This document shows positions 19,381 through 27,987 of a stretch of DNA of 27,987 nucleotides, piece after piece (the first letter of the stretch is position 1; the number at the start of each line of letters is the position of its first letter). Source of the DNA: Candidatus Moanibacter sp. GTDB taxonomy: Bacteria > Verrucomicrobiota > Verrucomicrobiia > Opitutales > UBA2987. The position numbers and the translations under genes were made by a program. Location: NCBI GenBank assembly GCA_965215885.1, contig CBDCEW010000069.1, positions 1-27,987 of the forward strand, read 5' to 3'. Under the pieces are notes generated by a model. The model was not told the origin of the DNA. It was given only the letters and a program-made list of their open reading frames with translations, and did no database searches.

Positions 19381-21274
19381 CAGGGTAAAAGGATTCCAGG
19401 AAGCAACTAGCTGATAAGCAAGAAGATAAAAAAAGAGCTAAACAAACCCGAGGGAATCAGTCATGTTAAGATGGGATGAAAGACAAAAAATCTTACCAAC
19501 TGAATCCTTCGATAGATCGTTTAACTCTGCGTCTGGTCCTGCCCGAAGAGCAGGAGCGATTCAATGATCTATTGAAACAACATCATTATTTACACAGTGC
19601 GGGCAGCGCAGGAGAGACCCTGCGCTATGTGGCGCAGATCGACGGGCAATGGATGGGCCTGCTCTTGTGGGGGGCCGCATCCTACCGGCTGACGGATCGA
19701 GACGAATGGATCGGGTGGGACGGGGCGCAACGGCATGCACGATTGAAACTGGTAGTACAGAACCGGCGTTTTCTGATTTTGCCCGGGGTGGATCTTGCAA
19801 ATTTGGCCTCCAAGACGTTGGGTATGTGCCTGAGAGTCTTAGCCGATCACTGGCAGGAGGCTTTTGGCTATCGTCCCTTAGTAGCGGAAACGTTCGTGGA
19901 CCCACAGATTCACCGGGGCACTTGCTACGAAGCGAGCGGGTGGACGCCCTTGGGCTTGAGCGCGGGATATGGCCGCCAACGCGAAGATTTCTATCAACGC
20001 CATGAGCGTCCCAAGCAGATCTGGGTCAAACCCCTCAAGGCTAATGCCCTTGAGCTTTTGCGCGCTTCAGGGCCATTGCCCGCGGCACAGAGCCAGGCGC
20101 TCAATGAAACCGATAACTCCCATGCGGTCTGCCTCAAAGTGGAACAGATGAGCAGCCTGTGGGAACGCTTCAATCAGATAGAAGACTTCCGTCGTAAAGC
20201 GGGCCTTAGATATCGGCTCGCCACGGTCCTGAGCATGATTGTGCTCGGCACGATGTGCGGCAAACAGACCCTCAAGGGCATCGTGCGCCTGGCCCATCAT
20301 CTCAATCAAGCCCAATTGCGCGCCTTACGCTCCTGGAAAAACCCCAAAACAGGCCGCTATAAGGCCCCTTGCTATGATGTCTTCTATCGGGTCTTGCAAA
20401 ACGTAAAGGCCGAGCTCTTCGATAAAACCCTCACCGAATTCATCTGCTTACAAGACGGCTGTTTGCCCCGCGATATTGCCGTCGACGGCAAGACCCTCAA
20501 AGGCACAAACACCGAAGAATCAAAGGCTCTGCACCTGGTGGCCGCAGTCGATCACCAAAGCGCTCAAACCTTAGCCCAAGTCGCTACCGCCGATAAATCC
20601 AACGCGATCACCGCCGCCCAGACTCTCTTGCGAAAGATGCCCATTTTGGACGGCTCCACCTTCACCTTCGACGCCATGCATAATCAAAAAGAAACTGCCC
20701 ACATCGTCGTCGAAGAACTCAGTGCTGACTATGTTATTCAAATTAAAGACAATCAGCCCAACATGCATCAATACGCTCAGAATCTCTTCAGCTCCACCCC
20801 CTTTTTCTCCACCAAACCGTGGACAATGACCATGGGCGACTCGAAATACGTCAAATAGCAACCCATTCTCTAAGCGCTCCCTCTGCCGGCCTGCCCCATG
20901 CCCGCCAGTTCGCCTGTGTGCAACGCACCTTCCATTATCCAAACAAAGCTGAACCTTCCTCTGAACGCTCTTACTACGTAAGCAGTCTCGATCCCGCCGA
21001 TTTGAGCCCTCAACAGTTCCTCTCGAAAATTCGCAACCATTGGTCGATCGAAAATAAAAATCATTACCCCAAGGATCGCTTCTTCGATGAAGATCGATGT
21101 ATGATCCGTAATCATAACGCAGCCAGAATTCTTGCTGCATGCAGGCAACTGGTTCTCAGCCTCAAGTCTTCCATGGGCGCTGAATCCACTCCCGCACTCT
21201 GTGATGATTTCGTCTTTAACTTACATAAGGCCATCAATATCATCACCTAATGCTCCGAGAATCAAAATATCGTG
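19381..21274 (+). mobile_element. ISAs1-family element with a DUF4338 (DruA-like) N-terminal domain
   Basis: Left end CAGGGTAAAAGGATTC; reverse complement of right end CACGATATTTTGATTC (imperfect). No target-site duplication (TSD) seen. Confidence 0.75.
19476..21250 (+). CDS. DUF4338-ISAs1 DDE transposase split by a -1 shift at CCCCCTTTTT (20797-20806)
   Basis: N-terminal HHYL, RDEWIGW, NRRFLILP, ETFVD and GTCYEASGW. DDE part has IAVDGKTL, TFDAMH, IKDNQP, HGRLEIR and RNHWSIENKNHY. Confidence 0.88.
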
Positions 21275-23023
21275 TCGTCCAGCACCTCAAGGCGCAGCTC
21301 CCCGGGCTTGGGCTTCCACTCGGGCCGTAGCGGCACCTCCCGCTCATCGGCGATTGTCGCTTCACCTTTCCAGTTCTCGTAGTCGGGATGCTCCAGTTCC
21401 ACCTCATGCTTCCCCGGAGCGAGTCCTTTCACGACAAGGCCAGGGCTCAGATTATAACCTCGCCCGTCCACCCGCACCACAAGCCCCCGGCCTAACTCGG
21501 CCGCTGTATTCGTTAACCGCAGGCTCCCCGCCGCCTTTTCCAGGGTGACGCTGAGCCGCTTATCCTCTCCGGCCTCGAGCTCAAAAGCTTCAGCGTAATC
21601 ACGGTAGCCCGCAGCCGAGACGACAACCCGGTATTCTTTCAAGCTCTCCTGTTCCCCAGCCGTATAGGGCGTCACTCCAGCCCGCTTTCCGTCGATCTCC
21701 ACCTCCGCTCCGCTGGGCGAGGAGAGGATGACAAGCGATCCAGGCAATGGTTGAAGCCCAACCTCCACGACAGCCAGCCGGCCCTCTTCAATCACTACTT
21801 CGGCGATCTGGGAATCACGGTAGTTCTCCTTGCGGACCTGAATCATCCGCTTCCCGGCAGCCATTTGATCTTTAAATTCGAAGAGGCCGTTGAGATCACT
21901 CTTCCCGAGCAATATGCCGGGTCCTTCGCTCCGGTACTCGGCACTCATCTTGAAAATCTCAGCATCCGGGAGCGTGTTTACCAAAAGACTTCCAAAGGCA
22001 GTTACACCAGGTTCCGGCCTTTTCCCGGACCCAGAATCCGGCGCAGTTTGCCTCGTTCCGGTTCCTCGCTCCTCCCCCTTCTTTCCCGGCACATACACTC
22101 CCCAGTAGTAGCCGGCCGCCAGTCCCGCCAGGATCACGACCGATACCCCCGCCCATAATGGCACTTTCGGTCGACGCGGCTTCGGCGCTCCAACTTCAAT
22201 CCGCCTCAAATCCTCCAGAACCTCTTCCGCGCTCCCGTACCGCTCAGAACGCTCCAGCTCCATGCACCGGTCAATTACGGCGTCCCACGTTTCGCTCGCC
22301 TCAAGAACCAGATCCGCGATCGCCTTTGCTCGCCCCAGCGGCTTCCTCCCGCACCTCCGGGCTCATATAGTCAATCGTCCCGACATAGGCGTCGCCGCCG
22401 GAAGAGCCCGCAAACTGGGTCGATCGATCCCCCAGCTGGGAGAGCGCAATGCTCTTTTGGATCATCGTCTGCAGAAACTCCTCGCCCACCACGCGGGCCA
22501 GCCCGAAGTCCGATATCACAATCCTCCCATCGGCTGTGCGGAGAATGTTGGCCGGCTTCAGATCCCGGTGGATAATCCCCTCCCCTTGGGCATAGCGCAG
22601 TCCCTCCAGGATCTGGATGAGGATATCCCTGGCCTCCTCGGGCTTTAAGCGACCACCCTGAGCGGAGAGAAAGTCCTCAATACTGCCTCCCTCCACATAC
22701 TCCATTGCAAGGTAGAAGCGGCCACGGTCCTCCCCGGCATTATGGACCATGACAATCCGGTCGTGCTTCAGCTTTGCCAACGTCCTCGCTTCGGTTCGGA
22801 ACCGTTCCCGGAAACTCGCGCTCCTCGACAATTCGCGAGGCAGTACCTTCAGCGCATACTTCTGCTCAAGGTGCACCTGCTCGGCCAGATACACCTCCCC
22901 CATCGCCCCGCGGCCCAATTCCTCAAGAATACGGTAATCGCCCAACCGCTCTCCCGGACGCAGCACGCCCGGCCCGTCACCGCCATCGCTCGCCAGTCTT
23001 GTCTCGTCTGAATCAAAAGGCAT
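21275..23023 (-). pseudogene. Hanks-type Ser/Thr kinase with TM segment and PEGA domains; subdomain IX deleted, 3' end cut by ISAs1
   Basis: LGRGAMGEVY, YALK, HRDLKPAN, DFG and GTIDYMSPE, then a frame change to GRKPLGRAKAI...DRCM. TM VPLWAGVSVVILAGLAAGYYW and PEGA repeats (GSLVILSSPSGAEVEIDG...GVTP). Confidence 0.88.
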
Positions 23024-23183
23024 GATAGGGAAGCGGTCAGTGACCTGTAATCAGTAATCGGAGTTTCAGAGTGGAAGTGGGTGTGGTGATCGGTGAGGAA
23101 AGAATCAATTGGTGCATTCTTAATCTCGTGAATGGTCGATAGCGGTTAATCCGCCATCCCATCTTCCATTAACAATTCACAGA

Positions 23184-23207
23184 TTCAACAGTTCAACAGT
23201 TCAACAG
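23184..23207 (+). repeat. Octamer tandem repeat (TTCAACAG)x3 with degenerate upstream copies
   Basis: aacaattcacagaTTCAACAGTTCAACAGTTCAACAGtt. Confidence 0.8.
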
Positions 23208-23680
23208 TTAATTAGTGAACACTCCCAGCAGTTCTGCCGTACCGTAGGACGGGGTATCTAACTCTTTCTCCGATAGGTCCGCAACTGCCTTTGCTCATTA
23301 CGAAGTTGAAACAAACGTCCCCGGAGCGGCCGTTCCACCACTAACATCCTTGCTACTGGTGGATCGGGCGCTCCGCGCACGATTATGTTAGAGAAAGTCA
23401 GCGACCTCGTCCCGGCCTGTACGTGTTTAGCGTGATTTGAAGCCGCCCCGGTCTGCCGGGACGGGGATTTACCAAGTTCTATCCGTTGTCTTCCCTGGCT
23501 CGGCAAAGCGCAGCGGAGACGGCTCGAATCGCATTCATACGACGGAATTCATTTCGACAGAACTTACGATTAGGTATATCGATGATACGTTCCTACCTCT
23601 CGACAGAGTATCGACCATCGTAATCGCAAGCGCAATCGCCCGTCGACGAAGCTCACGCCAAAGCTTACGACAAAGATCCC

Positions 23681-23737
23681 GTAGCCGCGTCGGCAACGAC
23701 GGAGTCTCCCTCTCCGCACCGGAAGCGGTGCGGCTAC
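23681..23737. repeat. GTAG-type REP doublet of a second sequence family
   Basis: GTAGCCGC...GCGGCTAC inverted ends, each half with an internal palindrome (CCGCACCG-GAAG-CGGTGCGG; CGTCG-GCAA-CGACG). Confidence 0.7.
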
Positions 23738-23943
23738 CTATGCTTCAGTTTATCCCACAGTGCTCCTTCCCGTAGCAGGACGACTTCGTCGTTGTACCTG
23801 GTTAGCCTCTTTCCCTTCCATTGCTGGCTGCCCCGGCACTTGTGCCCATCGTTCTGAATTTCGGTTGGCACGCAAATTGCGTGGAGTTCTCTGGTTAGAG
23901 CATGAAGAAAATGGGGAGCAGAGGGAGGGCACTGGAGTCGTTG

Positions 23944-25800
23944 TCAGGAGGCAATCCGATGGGGTTGCGGGTTTAAGGATTGATCCTGGCGATTACAGAC
24001 TTCGAAGAGTTCCTCAAGGAAGTTTTCTTTTCGCAGGAGCTTTTTGGGCAATCGACCCACGGCGAGGGTTTTTCTGTTCGCCCGCCAGTGACTGAAGGGG
24101 GGTGCTTTCTGTGCAGCCTGGGCAAGCTTTTGGGGCAGATTATCGATACTGCCTAAAACCAGCTCCACATAGCGGGGATTGTGTAAGTTGGCCAGGAGCA
24201 TGTATTCTTCGGGGAGCGCTTCAAAGTCGCGCGTCAGATTTTTGCGCCCGTGGGTTTGACGGCGTTTGCGCTTGGAGGTGCGCCAGGTGCCTTCCAGCTC
24301 ATTGGTCGTGCGTACGCTGTCTGGATGGGCCGGTGGGGGAAGCAGCCGCTGCCAGTATTTGTCCAGATGAGTGACCACGGTGCGGTAGAGTTTGGCTTTC
24401 GAGGGGTTGGTCAGGGAGGCGCCTTTTTGGCGATATTGGGCACGCAGCAACTGGAGAGCCTCGGTGAGCTCAGCGGCTTGTCCTGCTTGCAACAGATAAG
24501 GGTCGCTTAAAGGGCAGGGGCCGCTGGCGCTGAGCCAAAGGGCATCGCGCAAAGCGCTGAAAATGCAAAAAGCGTTTTCATAGATAGTAGCGGCTTCGAT
24601 GACGAGGGCATCAGCCAGATACTGCTTCAACCCGGTCGAAAGATGAAAGAAGCTTCGCAGAACAGAGCAACTGGCAGGAGCGCGGGCAAGCCACTGCTCC
24701 AGGGCGGCATGGGCGCGCACGACCCGCCGATGCCAATAAAGCAGGTAAGGATCGAAGGGAAAGCCCTGGCGGTGACCGTCGCAGGGATAATCCAAAATCC
24801 ACAATTGCAGGGCCATGAGCAGTTCCCGTGCAAGGGTGGGATCGAAGGGCACTGCGAGCGCTTTGGCGGTGAGCAAATCGGCCAGGACGAGGGCGTGTTT
24901 TTCACGGAGGGCGTCACGGAGCTTTGCGGTGATGTGTTTGCGTTGCTCGCGCATGCGCTCCATGAGCTTCAATTGCCGCAAGCGCCCGTTGAGCATCTGC
25001 TGGGGTTTTCGATAAAGCTGTTCGCCCACATTGCGGGCGAAATGATAATGGCAGACGCCATGGGGGGCCTGGAAGGTTTCGCTCTCGCAGGCCTTGCTGA
25101 TCTGAGCGCTTAAATCATGATAGACATGGTGGGGTTGGCCAAAAGCCCGGGCCGCCCGGGCAAAACAGCCACTGATCGTTTCGCTCTGTTCGGAAGGCAT
25201 TTTCCAGCTGCCCAAAAGGATCCCTTCGTCGGCTTCCTGAACAGCGAAGAAAACCGGCGTCTGCGGTTCCACGGTCCCATCCACCAGCCAGCGCAGGCAA
25301 GGGCGAGCGCTCAGGTAATCTTTAAGCACCGGAGTGGCCGCGGCGTGCAGCCGACCCAGATAAAAAAGAAACTTCTGCTGCATCTCATAGAGGCTGCTTT
25401 GAGCAATCTGCAGCTGCCCCGGGCCCTCGCGCAGTTCCCTGTGCACCTCTTTGAGGGTGGCGTTTTCGCACAAACATCGCTTGCCCACATAGGCAATCAG
25501 ATCGTAAGCGTAGCGACTATGCGAGGGCACGATCTGTTCCAGGCGAGCAGAACGGTAGCTGTTGCGGTGGCTCCCTTGCCCCTGCTCGCGCACAACTTCC
25601 ACCGCCTGGAAGCATCCATAGGAGAAACTGACCACCTTGCGGCGCAGGGTCTTGCGCACCTCTGAAGGACCCTCTTCGTCCTCCCGGGCATCGAAGCGAT
25701 AACTCGTTTGCGCAGGCACAGCCCCCACCGTTTGCAGGGCCCGTTCAGCCTCTGCCCGCAAATCATGTAACAGCTCCGCTACCGCGATCGGTCCGGTTTT
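23944..25800 (-). CDS. Putative DDE transposase (orfB) with CxxH and a large helical insertion
   Basis: WLVDGT (D1), VYHDLS (D2), VCHYHFARNVG (CxxH) and RTTNELEGTWRTSKR (E). The frame is open back to the A9 run at 25797-25805. Confidence 0.8.
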   Translation of the reverse strand, partial: KTGPIAVAELLHDLRAEAERALQTVGAVPAQTSYRFDAREDEEGPSEVRKTLRRKVVSFSYGCFQAVEVVREQGQGSHRNSYRSARLEQIVPSHSRYAYDLIAYVGKRCLCENATLKEVHRELREGPGQLQIAQSSLYEMQQKFLFYLGRLHAAATPVLKDYLSARPCLRWLVDGTVEPQTPVFFAVQEADEGILLGSWKMPSEQSETISGCFARAARAFGQPHHVYHDLSAQISKACESETFQAPHGVCHYHFARNVGEQLYRKPQQMLNGRLRQLKLMERMREQRKHITAKLRDALREKHALVLADLLTAKALAVPFDPTLARELLMALQLWILDYPCDGHRQGFPFDPYLLYWHRRVVRAHAALEQWLARAPASCSVLRSFFHLSTGLKQYLADALVIEAATIYENAFCIFSALRDALWLSASGPCPLSDPYLLQAGQAAELTEALQLLRAQYRQKGASLTNPSKAKLYRTVVTHLDKYWQRLLPPPAHPDSVRTTNELEGTWRTSKRKRRQTHGRKNLTRDFEALPEEYMLLANLHNPRYVELVLGSIDNLPQKLAQAAQKAPPFSHWRANRKTLAVGRLPKKLLRKENFLEELFEVCNRQDQSLNPQPHRIAS

Positions 25801-26479
25801 TTTTTGAGCGAGTAAAACGCCATCACCCGCTCAATTTGCTCCCCGCTCAGCTCTACTCCCTGCTCTTGCATAAGCTCGACAAGCTCCTTGACCCCGGCCT
25901 CGGGATGGCCGATACAGGCGACCAGCAAAGCGATCACGACCATCGTTTCGAGCCCTTCGGGAGCTGCCTGCAAAGCGCCCCCGGGGTCCCCTGCCTGAAC
26001 TTGTGCCGCTGTTCTTCGCCCTTGCCGCCGCTTTTTCTGTTCGGCCCCGCCCTGTTCCCCGGCCGAGACATACACGCAGTGACGCCCTTCATAGTATCGA
26101 CTCAACCGCTTCTTTCTACAAAGCACGCTTATGGGGTTGTGCACCCGTACCCCAAGGAGGGTCTCCAACTCAGCCACCGTGTAGCCGCAAAGCGAAGCTC
26201 CCACCACCGCCTCCACGGTCTCCTCCAAGGTGCCGTGGCGCGAAAAGCGCCCCTTGCGAAAACGCCACAACCGGCCCCGTCAAAGCGCGGAATGTCTTTC
26301 AAGCTCAGGTAGCCACAATTGGCATTGTAACTGGAGTAATGGCCATATTTTTGCAAAGCCCGATAGACCGTTCGCCGCGACACCCTCTGCTCCTTCATCA
26401 GCCTCCACACCGTGCTTACCCGATCCCGCCGTACCGCTTCGACCACCTCCCTCTCTTTACGCGAAAGCTCTTCTTGCAT
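25779..26479 (-). CDS. orfA of the unassigned IS, putative HTH DNA-binding protein, with one internal frameshift at ~26272
   Basis: MQEELSRKERE...VSRRTVYRALQKYGHYSSYNANCGYLSLKDIPRFDGAG / LWRFRKGRFSRHGTLEETV...FYSLKKK. Confidence 0.7.
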
Positions 26480-27047
26480 GCACCGGCACAGTATGGAAAG
26501 GAGGCAAAACTGCAAACTCTATTTTACATACAATGCCAATACCAACTTTCTCCAGCTCCCTTCGCTTCTACTCAATTGCCACCAGAAATCAACTCCCCGT
26601 TCAAAGCGCTTTTGTAACTGATTAATACTCAACAAGTTTCTAACTGAAAACAAACCTGCAGGAAAAGCTCTCTACCTCTAACGAACCCACACACAACAAT
26701 CGTTGAAACTCCATTCTGGCATACTATGTAATCAATAGAATCTTGCAAGTGCCTGAATAACATTTACTTTGGGTTCTCCAACCCAATTTCGTAATTATGG
26801 GTCTTGTGCCGGGGCAGCCTCAGAAACGCTAAACGGGTACGGACTTAAATTCCGACAGATTCCTGGGCCGTTACCATTCTGTCACTTTTCCCTCTCTTTT
26901 ACAGGCATTTTGCCGGTGCCGCCCAAAGGTGCCGATTTTTACAATTCTTTAACTCATATAGAGTCGTTTCTTATTGATATTTAGGGAGTTATATCTACTC
27001 TCCCAGTGAAGTATATAATTCAATACTCTCTAAAGGAGACAAACGGA

Positions 27048-27224
27048 ATGGACAATAAGTTACTACTCGAAATCGCCACATTGATCGTTATTATTTTGGT
27101 TGCAAGGGGCATTTACAAGACGAGCAAAACACTCCTGGTCGGCATCGCCTTGACGGGGATTGCTATGTATTATATGCAGGGTAATTCCGACTTCATTCAA
27201 GGCTTTTGGAATAACGTCAATTGA
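27048..27224 (+). CDS. Small hypothetical membrane protein (58 aa, 2 TM)
   Basis: AAAGGAG RBS upstream of the ATG; two hydrophobic stretches; AT-rich. Confidence 0.6.
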   Translation: MDNKLLLEIATLIVIILVARGIYKTSKTLLVGIALTGIAMYYMQGNSDFIQGFWNNVN

Positions 27225-27987
27225 GGTGGGACCATCGGGGTAATTCCAATACCTCGGCATTGACGACGGCCTCGGGGCGTTTACCTGCGAGGATATCGCG
27301 CACATTCCGGGCCGCCTTGACTTGAAGATCCAATACCGATTCCTCCGAATAAAAGGCCACATGCGGCGTTGCAATCAGGTTTGGTAAAGCCATTAGAGGA
27401 TGATCAGCGGGCAGACGTTCCGGTACAAAGACATCCAGGGCCGCACCTGCAATCCACCCTTCCCGTAAAGCCGTCACAAGCGCATCGATGTTTATCACCG
27501 CGCCACGCGCCGCATTGATTAAAAAGGCCGTCGGTTTCATTTGTCGGAGTCTCTCCTCGTCAATCAGATCCTCCGTCTCCGGGGTCAGCGGTGAATGAAC
27601 GCTGAGATAGTCTGATTCCGCGATGAGTTCATCGAGGCTCAAAGGTTCGGCCCCATTTCGACTGATCGTTTCGTCGTCGAGGTAGGGATCATACGCAACG
27701 ATGCGCATACCGAACCCGCCCGCCTTTTTCGCCAGGGTCTGCCCGATCTTACCAAAGCCCAGAATTCCCAGTGTTCTACCACGTACCCGGTAGAGCGGCA
27801 TTCCCGTCTTCAGTTCCCAATTCTCCTCCCTAACCGCCGAGTTGTAGCGACAAATTCCCCGGGCGGAGGCGAGAATAAAGGCCATTGCATGTTCCGCGAC
27901 CTCATCCAGGCAATAGGCGGGAACATTCGTCACTGGAATTCCCTGCCGGGTCGCCTCCTCAACCGCGATGTTATCCACCCCGATTCC
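27217..27987 (-). CDS. D-isomer-specific 2-hydroxyacid dehydrogenase (CtBP/SerA-like), 5'-partial at the window edge
   Basis: VTNVPAYCLDEVAEH, GILGFGKIG, SVHSPLT, INAARG, AALDVF and TPHVAFYS. Confidence 0.93.
   Translation of the reverse strand, partial: GIGVDNIAVEEATRQGIPVTNVPAYCLDEVAEHAMAFILASARGICRYNSAVREENWELKTGMPLYRVRGRTLGILGFGKIGQTLAKKAGGFGMRIVAYDPYLDDETISRNGAEPLSLDELIAESDYLSVHSPLTPETEDLIDEERLRQMKPTAFLINAARGAVINIDALVTALREGWIAGAALDVFVPERLPADHPLMALPNLIATPHVAFYSEESVLDLQVKAARNVRDILAGKRPEAVVNAEVLELPRWSHLN

Larger units (their letters stand above)
23826..26819 (-). mobile_element. ~3.0 kb IS with ~43-bp imperfect TIRs starting GGCTGCCCCGGCAC; family unassigned (MULE/IS256/ISL3-like)
   Basis: Left GGCTGCCCCGGCACTTGTGCCCATCGTTCTGAATTTCGGTTGG versus reverse complement of right GGCTGCCCCGGCACAAGA-CCCATAATTACGAAATTGGGTTGG. 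Confidence 0.85.

Noticed and set aside
19476..20050. Druantia defence system
   Set aside because: DUF4338 is fused in-frame to an ISAs1 transposase, and there is no DruE helicase or other dru gene.

Overview
About 28 kb of bacterial DNA of moderately high GC. The gene content and repeat style suggest a PVC-superphylum organism, but that is inference only. The left half (2.8-15.1 kb) holds carbohydrate and redox genes: an aldo/keto reductase, a LicC-like nucleotidyltransferase coupled to a short MetE-like Zn enzyme, an AGE epimerase, a Gfo/Idh/MocA oxidoreductase, a CitE-like lyase, an FAD/Fe-S oxidoreductase and a TIM-barrel isomerase. These are interleaved with many gene scraps: internally deleted sthA and sulfatase genes plus AlkD, PhyH and Gfo fragments. 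The right half is dominated by IS elements: an IS1182 remnant, IS200 tnpA, IS630, a DUF4338-ISAs1 element, and a ~3 kb element with ~43-bp terminal inverted repeats (TIRs) and a frameshift-fused MULE/ISL3-like transposase that I cannot assign to a standard family. Between them lie low-GC cargo genes with degenerate attC-like hairpins and a broken Ser/Thr kinase-PEGA gene. There are two GTAG-type REP/REPIN structures. Three IS families are bounded by CTAG, twice at a gene's stop codon. I found no rRNA, tRNA or CRISPR array. All family calls come from motif recognition by eye; no database searches were run.
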